DNA of 63,917 nucleotides, the filler included, from Octopus bimaculoides (Eukaryota): the NCBI RefSeq assembly GCF_001194135.2. It is 8 parts of 6 records of this genome, joined end to end, with 100 filler letters (N's around TTAATTAATTAA, not from the genome) between each part and the next. Parts side by side here need not be neighbours in the genome. Positions count along the whole stretch, not along the records: positions 44,871 to 53,881 come from NC_068986.1; positions 53,982 to 57,265 come from NC_068990.1; positions 57,366 to 62,783 come from NC_069006.1; positions 62,884 to 63,917 come from NC_068984.1; 4 more parts are not named here. One strand, given 5' to 3'. The stretch's first letter is position 1. Each line of letters starts with the position of its first letter. Made by a program: the position numbers and the translations under genes. Below, one piece after another: positions 52,325 to 63,917 of the stretch. The notes under the pieces were generated by a model. That model was given only the letters and a program-made list of their open reading frames with translations. It had not been told where the DNA came from and searched no databases.

Positions 52325-52530
52325 AATCGAACTCGGAATCTTGGGGTTAGTAGCCCGTGCTCTTAACCACTACGACATATGCCCTTAGGAATGAGAACCC
52401 AGTTTCCAAATTTCCCTAGGACACCTGGAGAAGGCTGGAAAGTATATCAGCCGAGACGTTGTGCTACCAACAAACAAGATCGGGACAAATATCCGTCAAA
52501 TGTAAATAATGTAAATAATGTAAATAAAGT
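52325..52530. mobile_element. Second hammerhead-SINE copy: minus-strand tRNA head abutting plus-strand 3' (hammerhead) segment
   Basis: 52325-52384 is the reverse complement of the head at 40867-40927; 52385-52530 matches 41003-41140; hammerhead variant at 52420-52465; left side lost in a gap. Confidence 0.8.
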
Positions 52531-52674
52531 CTTGGAGATGCAGATCCTCCGCAGATTTGGTCAAAGTAAGCATATGGGTACTAGAATCATACTTGTTTTA
52601 TAATCGAATAAAATCTTAATAAATTTCAAATTTTGTTATTTCATAAATTTGCATCAATATCCTACCCGCAATAA

Positions 52675-52890
52675 GACAGCGAGTTGGCAGAATCGTTAGC
52701 ACCCCGGACAAAATGCTGAGTGGCATTTCGTCCATCTTTACGTACTGGGTTCAAATTCCACCCAGGTCGACTTCATCTTTCATCTTTTCAGGGTCGATAA
52801 AATAAGTACCAGTTAAGTACTGGAGTCGATGTAATCGATTTGCTCCTTCCACCGAAATTACTGTCCTTGAACCAAAATATGGAGCCAATA
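52675..52890 (+). mobile_element. SINE family D
   Basis: gcgagttggcagaatcgttagc...gggttcaaattcc...caggtcgacttc...gtcgataaaataagtaccag. Confidence 0.8.
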
Positions 52891-53465
52891 TTCCACCTGC
52901 AATTGTTTAACCAAAAACTAAACGCCGAATTATTGATGCGATTCGATCCCATACACCTAAGTTTATATACTGAAAGAATATAATTATTTGCTAAGGATCT
53001 TTCTTGTAGCCAACACTGATTTTTACTACAACGTTTCTTATCAAAACATCTGATGTAAACAAACATTAAGATCGAAGGCAAAAATGTGTACTGAGTGTAT
53101 ATACCATATTTCGGGACTTGTTGCCCATTCATCAGCACCCATCCAACCCATTCACGCCTCCAAATACATTGTTTATATTGCCACCACATACAGCGGTGTT
53201 AAGTTATTGGATATACTAATTTACATACTAAACGCTTTCCTGGGGCTGGATGTAAATATTAATGACCTGTAAGCACGTACTATTTCGTTTTGTAACCATA
53301 TGTATATATTATAAAGTATATTAAATGTTTTTGTAAGGCAGTACCAGGTTCTACTGCGTCACATCACAACACCTTGGAAGAGCGTTTTGTAAGTGAATAT
53401 GCTAGACGGAAACTGTGTGGAAGTCCGTCGAATATACATGTATATATATAGTGTGTGTGCATATT

Positions 53466-53497
<32 letters not shown>

Positions 53498-53600
53498 TCT
53501 CTTTCTCTCTCTCTATCTTTCTCTCTCTCTCTTTCTCTCTCCCTCTCTCTCTCCCTCTCTCTCTATCTATCTCTCTATCAATCAATCAATCAATCAATCG

Positions 53601-53660
<60 letters not shown>

Positions 53661-53671
53661 ATCTATCTATC

Positions 53672-53881
53672 TTATTTCTTTATTGCCCACAAGGGGCTAA
53701 ACATAGAGGGGACAAACAAGGACAGACAAAAGGATTAAGTCGATTACATCGACCCCAGTGCGTAACTGGTACTAAATTTATCGACCCCGAAAGGATGAAA
53801 GGCAAAGTCGACCTCGGCGGAATTTGAACTCAGAACGTAACGGCAGACGAAATACCGCTTAGCATTTCGCCCGGTGTGCTA
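53672..53881 (-). mobile_element. SINE family D with Tx1-like tail
   Basis: Family D body; tail rc gccccttgtgggcaataaagaaataag plus (ATAG)n. Confidence 0.9.
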
Positions 53882-53983
53882 NNNNNNNNNNNNNNNNNNN
53901 NNNNNNNNNNNNNNNNNNNNNNNNNTTAATTAATTAANNNNNNNNNNNNNNNNNNNNNNNNNNNNNNNNNNNNNNNNNNNNGT

Positions 53984-54280
53984 CACACCTGCCCCTTCAT
54001 CACCAACACTACCTCTGTCACAGGTTCCAACCAACACACTCTCCGCATCCTACACAATTTCTCTTGCACCTCCTCTAACCTAATTTACTGCATTAGATGC
54101 AACTCCCCCGTCGCCCGTCATTTCCACTTGGCCAAAAACTCTCCTTCTAACATCTCTGTTTTTGGCCTCGCTCTGCACCACGGGTCCACTTCCTTGCAAC
54201 TCCACCTGGAACAGCGCTATATTTTCAAGTTACGAACAGCTTTCCCCTTCGGACTCAACACAGCTCTCTCCTCCTTATGA
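53984..54280 (+). mobile_element. Penelope-like (Neptune-type) GIY-YIG C-terminus with in-frame internal deletion
   Basis: Stop-free frame HTCPFI...FSCTSSNLIYCIRC|NSPVARHF...VFGL...LEQRYIFKLRTAFPFGLN...*; the second YIG/RxxEH segment is missing. Confidence 0.8.
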
Positions 54281-54374
54281 CGAAACAACACTTTTTTTCA
54301 TTTTTCCTTGTTTTTTTATATTAATCCCCCTTACTCCTTATCCACTTTACTTTATTTTAATTATTCACAATTTA

Positions 54375-56050
54375 TTTCATTTCTTCATACATGAACACAT
54401 ACCCACACACGTACATATACACACACACGCACCCGTATACACACATGAACACACACATACCCCCACACACACCACACACACACAACACATATACAAATGC
54501 ACATACACACGCACACTTGCGCACACACACGCAAACACACACACATACATATACATACACACACACACCCATGCATACATAACCCATTCACATATACCTC
54601 CCACACACCTGACAACCCATACATACCTCCCATTCACAAATGCCTCCCATTCACATATACCTCCCACACACCTGACACATACACCTCCCACACACCTGGT
54701 ATATATACCGCCCACACACCTGACAACACGTATGACAGACATACATGCATGCTCATACACACATATAGACGAACGCACACATATATACACACATACACAC
54801 GCACAGTGATGCACACAACCCTACACACTCACAGACACACACACCCATATTATACGCACACATATAAATGCACACGCCTACACACAACCACATACACATA
54901 CACACACAACCACGTACATATACACACATACACACAGAAGTGCATACACACAATAAAACGCACACATACTTGACACACATCTCTACGCTTACACACACAC
55001 ATATGCACACACACACACACACACATATACACAAGCACACACACACATATACACAAGCACATACACACGCATACACACATATACACACACACACACACAC
55101 TCGCATACGCACGCACACATACCTCCCACATACACAACACACACTCACACTGACACACATATAATTACACACACATGGGCATAAATAACACAAGCACATG
55201 CACGCACGTACGTAAGCAAACGCACGCACATACACATACATACACAGGAACGCACATATACACAACATACACACACATACGCACAAAAATATACACACGC
55301 GCACACACACATACAGACACACATATGCATACACACGCATGCACACACACACACGCACACGTACCTAACACTCACAATCCCACACACACACTCATACACA
55401 CATCCACACACAAATACACATACACGCACACACACACGTGCATAGGCGCAAAAAACGCACATATACCTCCACACACAGCCCCCCCCCCGTCTACACACAC
55501 ACGCACACACACATACACATGCACACACACAAAATACACATATACACATGTACAAACGAACTCACATACACACACGCAAATGAACTCCCATAACTCCTAT
55601 ACACATAACACACACAGACACACACACACACAAGTATACATACATGGACACACACGCAACTGAACTCACACATAACTCCTATGCACACACAACAAACACT
55701 AACATATACACGCACCTAAGTATACATGCGATCAACAGAGCAAACCGCACGCATATACACACATGTACACACACACATATATATATACACATACACACAC
55801 GCACACACAGATGTAGGCACACACTGCAAGAAAGACACACTCACACAACATACATATACACACACGCACACATACTAAAAAACTGCTTGCTCACTTTCTA
55901 CTGACCATCATCCACGCACATGAAAAAAGGTGACACACAGACAACCACTCCCAAATAATTCCTTCTACTACGTTAAGCAACACACACACATACGCACATA
56001 CATGTGCTGTTATTACACACACACACACACACACACAGACCTGCTCGCAC
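54375..56050. repeat. Long degenerate (CA)/(TACA)-rich tract with about 28-bp sub-repeats at 54590-54730
   Basis: Direct inspection; cacatatacctcccacacacctgac-type units. Confidence 0.9.
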
Positions 56051-56197
56051 GCATACATACCTCCCTCCCTTGCACTCTCCTGTCTTAGAAAGAACTTTTT
56101 CTCCACCCTTTCCCTTCCGGTCATTCCACAATGTAATCTCGTGTTTATCATTGGCGATTTTTTCTTCCTCCGTCTTATCTTCTTTGGACTTTCCTAT

Positions 56198-56232
56198 ATT
56201 TCCGACGAAGAGCTTCGCTCGAAACGTCAAAT
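56198..56232 (+). ncRNA. Minimal type I hammerhead ribozyme motif
   Basis: attt-CCGACGA-a-GAGC-ttc-GCTC-GAAAC-GTC-aaat: 4-bp stem I, core with one change from CTGACGA, 4-bp stem II, GUC triplet. Confidence 0.75.
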
Positions 56233-56335
56233 TCTCTTTCTTTCCTTTCTTGAGCATCCAGTAACACAATATCTGTATCACGTCCTTGTGTTGTTTTTTG
56301 TGTTTTTTTCTGTTGTTTTTCTTGTTTGAACTCAC

Positions 56336-56366
<31 letters not shown>

Positions 56367-56954
56367 ATANNNNNNNNNNNNNNNNNNNNNNNNNNNNNNN
56401 NNNNNNNNNNNNNNNNNNNNNNNNNNNNNNNNNNNNNNNNNNNNNNNNNNNNNNNNNNNNNNNNNNNNNNNNNNNNNNNNNNNNNNNNNNNNNNNNNNNN
56501 NNNNNNNNNNNNNNNNNNNNNNNNNNNNNNNNNNNNNNNNNNNNNNNNNNNNNNNNNNNNNNNNNNNNNNNNNNNNNNNNNNNNNNNNNNNNNNNNNNNN
56601 NNNNNNNNNNNNNNNNNNNNNNNNNNNNNNNNNNNNNNNNNNNNNNNNNNNNNNNNNNNNNNNNNNNNNNNNNNNNGTTTAGAATATCTCATAAAAAACT
56701 GAAACCCTAGAAAACTAATAATGGCCTGTATCATCATCATCATCATCATCATCATCATTATTTTATGTCCAATTTCCATGCTAGCTTGGGTTGGGTGGTT
56801 TTGCAGGATCCCATGAGCCAGAATTCTGTGTAACACTTCAATGTCTACTTTAGCACAGATTCTACAATTAGCTACCCTTCCTAATGCCAACCACTTTACC
56901 AAGTGTAAAGAGTGTTTTTCATGTGACACCAGCACTATGTATCTGTGTCAAAAA

Positions 56955-57265
56955 AAAAGGAAGGTAGGCATTGATCTTGGGCTGCTATGATAAACCCCTC
57001 TGTTTCTGATTTCAAGCCAGAGGCCATTAACCATTGGTGGGTAAGGGCTTTGTCAATATCTGCATTATTCGCTCTCTTTGGGTATTTGCCATTCAGAGGT
57101 TTTCCATGCCATTTTTCAGTCATAATATCTAAGGCAGCAATTTTTGCACGGGTTTTCAAGCGCTTAGCTTTTTCTGCAGGTGTTTCTAGTTCATCTAATT
57201 CTTGAATTTGTTGCAATTGGAATTCACTTAGTTAGTCCTTTGCCTGTTTTGTTACTGAGTAAGAT
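56955..57265 (-). mobile_element. R4/Dong-like fragment (post-RT region)
   Basis: KWHGKPLNGKY...IDKALTHQWL...LKSETEGFIIAAQDQCLP. Confidence 0.85.
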
Positions 57266-57365
57266 NNNNNNNNNNNNNNNNNNNNNNNNNNNNNNNNNNN
57301 NNNNNNNNNTTAATTAATTAANNNNNNNNNNNNNNNNNNNNNNNNNNNNNNNNNNNNNNNNNNNN

Positions 57366-57665
57366 GATTGGGCGTTGTGAGTGTTTATTGAGCGAAAACA
57401 CCTACAGCTCCACAAGGCTCCGGTAGGGGATGGTGGCGAACCCTGCTGTACTGTTTCACCACAACTTTCTCTCACTGTTTCTGTTGTACCTGCAATTCAA
57501 AGGGTCAGCCTTGTCACACTGTGTCACGCTGAATATTCCCGAGAACTACGTTAAGGGTACACGTGTCTGTGGAGTGCTCAGCCACTTGCACGTTAATTTC
57601 ACAAGCAGGCTGTTCCGTTGATCGGATCAACTGGAACCCTGGACGTCGTAAGCGACGGAGAGCCA
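57366..57665 (+). mobile_element. SINE family A (5' end in gap)
   Basis: Matches 32130-32300; 3' half shared with family B. Confidence 0.85.
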
Positions 57666-57974
57666 GCAAGCAATATACACGAACATACATTAACAAAAAA
57701 TTAAGCAGTGCATCAATTTAACAGCAAAAAGTTTATTAAAGAACATTTGCTGTAATGAATTTTTCAACTGTCAGCACAATATCTTTTACAAGTTGGTTTG
57801 TACGGTTAGCTGAAGTAATCTTGACGCCATTATGCAGACAAAAATGTTTAAATGTGTTGGAAATAAACGGGGTTTTTTTTTCCTCTTTATTTTAGTATCC
57901 AGTTAGCCTGATATGCGCTGGAATACTACCAAGTGAATTGGCAGGATTATTTATTTTCCCACTGCATAATAGTT

Positions 57975-58190
57975 TCGAATTTTGGCACAAGGTCAGCAAC
58001 TTCGCTGGGAAGCGGGTGAGTCGATTTACATCGACCCCCAGTACTCAACTGCTACTTATTTTATAGATCCCGATGGGATGAAAGGCAAAGCTGACCGCGG
58101 CAGAATTTGAACTCAGAACGTAATGGCGGACGAAATGGCGCTAAGCATTTTGCCCAGAGTGTTTGCGATTCTGCCAGTTCGCTGCCTTTA
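57975..58190 (-). mobile_element. SINE family D
   Basis: gatcccgatgggatgaaaggcaaagctgaccgcggcagaatttgaactcagaacg. Confidence 0.85.
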
Positions 58191-58331
58191 TATTCCCACT
58201 TCAAAATACACCTGGTGTTTTAAGTCATCCCCAGAGCGCTTACGGCAGCTAGCCGGTGAACAAACAGAATACATACATTGAGTATGTGCGGTCGGTAATG
58301 TTTAAAGCACTAGTTCTGCGTTTAATTTCTT

Positions 58332-58382
<51 letters not shown>

Positions 58383-58564
58383 GTAGTTGGATTGTTTGTG
58401 CGTGAGCGTGTGTGTGTGTGTATACAGACATATATTCGTATATATATATGCATATACACACACACTTCCATACATGCAGACAGATAGAAAGACACACGCA
58501 TGCATGCATACATACTTACATGCATACATACATAAATACATACATACATAAATTTATCCTCAAT

Positions 58565-58612
<48 letters not shown>

Positions 58613-59449
58613 ATGTATATATACACATACATACATACATACATACACACATACACACATAATTTAGAGGAAAATGAAGAACACAAGTAAAGGAACTTTA
58701 GAACTTTAGAAATTTAGAAATGCTGATGCTTATTATAAATTTCTGATATCAAACCTTGTCAGCTCATTAAATGCCCGGATTAACACCTAATGAATAAATT
58801 TTATGTTGTGGTGAAGAGGAGACGGAGATAGAGGAGGCGGAGGGACGTCGACGAAGTATTTATGATGAAGAAGAACGCAGTAGAACAATGAATACAGTGC
58901 TTCGCATATGACGTTGGATGATTGAAAAGATGTAGAAGAAAGAGAAGAAGAAGAAGAAGAAAAATAATGAGGCAGAGGAAGAGGAGAAAATCGGAAAAAA
59001 GTGTGAGAAGTTCGAAGCAAGTATAAAATTAAAAATAAAATTAAGAATAATAAAAAAAAAAATGCAAGCAAATAAATTTCATGTCAACATGATTTTTCAC
59101 AAAACAACAACGAGAATAAAATAAAACACCTCAACACCAACACCAACAACAACGGCAACAATAAATAAGCACAACTTATAAAATTTATCAGATAACATGA
59201 TAAATCCAAAAATAAACAAGAAAAAAAAAATTAATGAATTAATAAAAATAAAAACAAAAAACAAAGAAATCAAAAGCAATTAGAAATTTAATAATAATAA
59301 TAATGATAATAATAATAATAGAATAACATGCATTAAATTATTATATGCCTTTTCATTATAAAAATTCTCTATTGAAAAGCTTCTAATCATATTTTCTATG
59401 AGATAAGAATGGCTATTGAAGCGGTGGAGTCAGAAATGGTGTTGCTGTA

Positions 59450-60070
59450 TTAAATATTGATTGCTAAATACAAGGCTGAAGTTTACAAATTGTGGAAGGA
59501 GACCCCCCATAATTGAGTACTTCGACATCCTCGCCTCACGCCTCCAACATTTATCAGGTACCCCGAATGATAAAAATAGGAAGTCGTGTTATGTCTCCGC
59601 GATTTGAACTCGAAACCACAACCACTGAATCGAGATTTAAGTTTGCCAACTGCGATGGGATAGACATGGATGGAATGCTTTATTTTTACCATTTTCTTGA
59701 TAAAATAGTTTTTGGCTTGGAACAAAACGGTTAATTTTCTTTCGAGTCTAGTTGCCAAGACTTACCAAAGAAAGAATACATTCCCAGATAGACATTAAAT
59801 TGATGTCGCCATTCCGATACGCCAAAAGAAAAGCCATTGCACAGGAACAGACCAGGAAAGCCTCAGAAAATGACAAACCAAAAATACACTGAGATGTTCT
59901 AAAATTTCAGACTAGATACGTTTCCTAGGGGCATTCTGGGAAAGCCAGTAAATACTTGCAAATCGAAGTACAAGTTCCAATAAATTATAGTTAATTTTAA
60001 AAGAAATGAAATTTCCAAAGATGAGGATCTGGGAATAGAGATGAAGCGATTGGGATAGGGTTACGGGAAA
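59450..60070 (-). pseudogene. Decayed LRR (TLR-like ectodomain) relic
   Basis: LLELVLRFASIYWLSQNAP / GNVSSLKF*NIS (59983->59890); KLTVLFQAKNYF further left. Confidence 0.4.
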
Positions 60071-60083
60071 CAATCCCTTAAAT

Positions 60084-60358
60084 CAGGGGTTTTCAAATTG
60101 TGGCCCGCGGACCACAGGGGGTCCGCAAGGACAGCAAATACTTTTTATGGGCAATTTGATTTTATATATGTTTTTTAATCGATATCTTTTAATTGACAAT
60201 AAACCTATTTGTTAATTACTGTTAAATAAATAAATGTAAAAATATGTTATTTTAAGCAAATATATATGTATAAATTTCATAAGCGTTTATAAGGGGGTCC
60301 CTAAGATAAAGCCTGAAATATAAAGGGGTTCGCAAGTCAAGAAGTTTGAAAACCCCTG
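60084..60358. mobile_element. hAT (Charlie-like) MITE
   Basis: TIRs CAGGGGTTTTCAAA / TTTGAAAACCCCTG; perfect 8-bp TSD CCTTAAAT (60076-60083, 60359-60366). Confidence 0.92.
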
Positions 60359-61304
60359 CCTTAAATAATAAATGTATTTGTATAAATACAAAAGCAGTTC
60401 AGAGACAAGTTTGTACGTAAGTAAATGGCCAAGATTCACAGTTATACACAAACTGGTGGTGCTCCATCATGACCGCAGTTGCATGGCTGAAACGAGCATA
60501 ATTAAAAGATTAAAACAGACCAACCAAAAATAGCTCTACCGAGCATTGAGTACATTCAATAGGGACCACAAAGAAACAAACAAACCAAGGCATGTTGTCC
60601 CTTGCTCGACAGCTCAGGGAGCATACGGGGTAAAAGTAAGAATATTGAATAATTAATTACAATACATGAAGTCAATTTAGTTCAATCGAGATTCGAAACC
60701 GATTCCAGCTATTCAGTGGTGGCATCTTATCTTTTGTTCTCTTGCAAAATAGCACCAAAAACGCTCCGAAAATATAAACAACAATAATAACACACACACA
60801 CACACACACAAAGAAGGCCAGTCATTTACGGCACGTGTTATATCATACAGCAGAAGTTTCAAACAAAAGGAAGGATTGCGCTTCGGTATGGAGGATGGCG
60901 CTGGTGAGTAAGATATGGGCTTAGGTGACATTTTTAGCGTGGAGGGTTGGTGGTGACGATGTTTGGCATAAAGAGTGGTGATTCAGGGGTAAAAGGGTGT
61001 AGAGAATATGAGCGCGGCGGGTTGAAAATGGCGGCGGGGTGTTGAAAGATATTATATTATTTCAAAGAGTATGAATGGAGACTTAAAATTCCTGATGAAA
61101 TAATTATGATATTGATGAGATGAAGGGAAACAATGATATATCACACATGCTTAGCTTATACTGTTACACAAAAACACCCCCCCCATACGCAAAGACACTC
61201 AGATACATACTTATATACCACACACATATAGACACACATATCATATACATATATATACACATATATATATATACATACATACATATATATATATATATAC
61301 ATAC

Positions 61305-61354
<50 letters not shown>

Positions 61355-61971
61355 GGGTAAAACAAAAGAAATGGTGCTAAGTGAGTAGGACGCAAAAGTT
61401 GGCATCATATAATTAAAACTTTCTGGTACCTTTCATCTTCAAAACTTTATATACGNNNNNNNNNNNNNNNNNNNNNNNNNNNNNNNNNNNNNNNNNNNNN
61501 NNNNNNNNNNNNNNNNNNNNNNNNNNNNNNNNNNNNNNNNNNNNNNNNNNNNNNNNNNNNNNNNNNNNNNNNNNNNNNNNNNNNNNNNNNNNNNNNNNNN
61601 NNNNNNNNNNNNNNNNNNNNNNNNNNNNNNNNNNNNNNNNNNNNNNNNNNNNNNNNNNNNNNNNNNNNNNNNNNNNNNNNNNNNNNNNNNNNNNNNNNNN
61701 NNNNNNNNNNNNNNNNNNNNNNNNNNNNNNNNNNNNNNNNNNNNNNNNNNNNNNNNNNNNNNNNNNNNNNNNNNNNNNNNNNNNNNNNNNNNNNNNNNNN
61801 NNNNNNNNNNNNNNNNNNNNNNNNNNNNNNNNNNNNNNNNNNNNNNNNNNNNNNNNNNNNNNNNNNNNNNNNNNNNNNNNNNNNNNNNNNNNNNNNNNNN
61901 NNNNNNNNNNNNNNNNNNNNNNNNNNNNNNNNNNNNNNNNNNNNNNNNNNNNNNNNNNNNNNNNNNNNNNN

Positions 61972-62026
<55 letters not shown>

Positions 62027-62349
62027 TATACGTGCATACATATATACATATACATAAATACACACATAACAGGGGCGTATGTATGATACACTGAGATCGA
62101 TAAATATAGATATGAATGATTGGAGAAATGAAAAGGTATTCATACAGATAAAGAAGTATAGAAGTATATAGCTGGATAAAAAAGAGACAGGCGAATATAT
62201 AGAACATTTATATAGATATATAGCTATATGCATATATAGGCACATATTACGTACATTACAGTTACACCCTTTTAGGCACATGCATACATACAAACATTAT
62301 TAGATATATTTTTGTATTCAATTCTAAGCAAATATTATTTTACATGCAA

Positions 62350-62381
<32 letters not shown>

Positions 62382-62733
62382 AAATAAAACTAATTTTGAA
62401 AAAATATTATATGGATAAGCAAACAATAAATCGAAAAGGTAACCTAGAATTTTGTTCCTGCATGTCTATATAGACCTTGCGAATACGTGCGTCTAAGTGT
62501 ATGTGAGGATATACTCACACGGACACGCATGAGTATATTCAAGTAGATAAGCCCACAGAACCACAGACACAAAGATAAACACAAGCAACACACACAACAC
62601 ACATACACACATACATATATATATATATACATAATACGTAATATATCTTCATTTATATTTATATATATATATGTATGTATATATGTAAATATATATGTGC
62701 ATATATATATATGCATATATATGTATATATAAA

Positions 62734-62783
<50 letters not shown>

Positions 62784-62899
62784 NNNNNNNNNNNNNNNNN
62801 NNNNNNNNNNNNNNNNNNNNNNNNNNNTTAATTAATTAANNNNNNNNNNNNNNNNNNNNNNNNNNNNNNNNNNNNNNNNNNNNTATATATATCGATATA

Positions 62900-63065
62900 A
62901 GCGCAGAAGTGGATGTGTGGTAAGAACCTTGCTCCCCAACTACATGGTTCCGGCTTCAGTCCCATGGCTTGGCACCTTGGGCGAGTGCCTTCTACTATGA
63001 CCTCAGTCCAATCAAGGCCTTGTGAAGGGATTTGGTAGATAGAAACTGAAAGAAGCCCGTTGTAT
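62900..63065 (+). mobile_element. SINE family E, 5' half
   Basis: Head plus core ggcaccttgggcgagtgccttctac, followed by TG/CA runs. Confidence 0.8.
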
Positions 63066-63162
63066 GTGTGAGTGTATACACACACACACACACACACACG
63101 TATATATATATACATATATACACACACACACACATATGCATATATTATAAATACACACACAC

Positions 63163-63195
<33 letters not shown>

Positions 63196-63499
63196 GGGAG
63201 CGATGGGTAAATTGTTGCCATTTTATATTTTTAATTTCACGCATGCACATTGTTTGGTTTTAATTTTGTCGACTACACAGTATAGTAGGGTCAGTTGGGC
63301 ACCATCTGTGAGAAAAACAGTACCATGACCCAATTCACTCTGCCAGAAATGTGGAAACGGCATGCTGTACTGNNNNNNNNNNCAGTTGGGCACCATCTGT
63401 GAGAAAAACAGTACCATGACCCAATTCACTCTGCCAGAAATTTGGAAACGGCATGCTGTACTGCTTGACCGGAAGCTCCAATACGAACATCTGTGGACA

Positions 63500-63735
63500 T
63501 GTACCGAGAGTGAGAGAAAAAATCAAACATCTAGTCAACATCATTGTGTTTGGAGTGATCACTAGTGATGGTGACGTTATGCCTCCATTCATCTTCCTAC
63601 ACGTCCTCAGACTCAACATGGAGGCCTGCATCAAGTGCCTGGAGGAGGTAATGCTACTCTGGGTCAAGAGGGTGGCTGCTGGAAGACACTATGTTTGGCA
63701 ACAGGATTCTGCACCATGCCACACAAGCAGGAGAA
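63500..63735 (+). mobile_element. maT/DD37D-like mariner transposase fragment
   Basis: KHLVNIIVFGVITSDGDVMPPFIF...RLNMEACIKCLEEV..WVKRVAAGRHYVWQQDSAPCHT (D at 63705). Confidence 0.8.
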
Positions 63736-63861
63736 CCCATACACATAAAAATACCCTGTTGATGAAGTTGAAATTCCAATGAAGGTGCCTTGGATCTAGG
63801 TTAGAAACCGGCTCTTTCTCTATTGGTAAGAAATCTTGAAATAAATCTAAATAATGACATA

Positions 63862-63865
63862 GATT

Positions 63866-63917
<52 letters not shown>
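63862..63917. repeat. (GATA)n microsatellite
   Basis: Direct inspection. Confidence 0.95.

Larger units (their letters stand above)
45330..53330 (-). pseudogene. Decayed TLR split into pieces by R4, rosa-like and SINE insertions
   Basis: Minus-strand islands in the expected order: SLANNYILSV (52997), GLFANIVWLL (52113), LLQYNR / IQRIED (about 50500), SLRRLQDSHL (46547), CVAWLSQK...CEFRG (46117->46040, LRRCT-like), hydrophobic IFILGLYSLFRIGVFFVFL (about 45700), TIR-like ENFFLKYC / HMKKNLIGKK...VISK (45490->45370). Confidence 0.45.

Overview
AT-rich, microsatellite-saturated animal genomic DNA. The SINE families and repeat landscape suggest an octopus or other cephalopod (inference). It comes from a gapped assembly with seven artificial 44N-TTAATTAATTAA-44N joins and four 10-N gaps with duplicated flanks. 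I found no intact protein-coding gene, and nearly all ORF-track entries are simple-repeat or N artefacts. Identifiable content: many tRNA-derived SINEs; fragments of at least two, probably three, R4/Dong-clade (RLE) retrotransposon families; Tx1, RTE and Gypsy fragments; Penelope-like (GIY-YIG/RT) fragments with hammerhead ribozyme motifs; a full-length DD36E Tc1/mariner; rosa-like and maT-like mariner fragments; hAT and Tigger MITEs; and a Helitron 3' end. Two signals stand out. (1) A tRNA-headed SINE carries a minimal hammerhead ribozyme in its 3' half and is preceded by an inverted copy of its own 3' end at two loci, one with a 12-bp TSD, so it is a candidate Penelope-mobilised SINE/retrozyme. 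(2) The non-repetitive DNA between the repeats repeatedly translates on the minus strand into heavily decayed LRR, LRRCT, transmembrane and TIR motifs, suggesting a tandem graveyard of about six Toll-like receptor pseudogenes. All translations and alignments were done by eye; the TLR calls in particular need profile-search confirmation.
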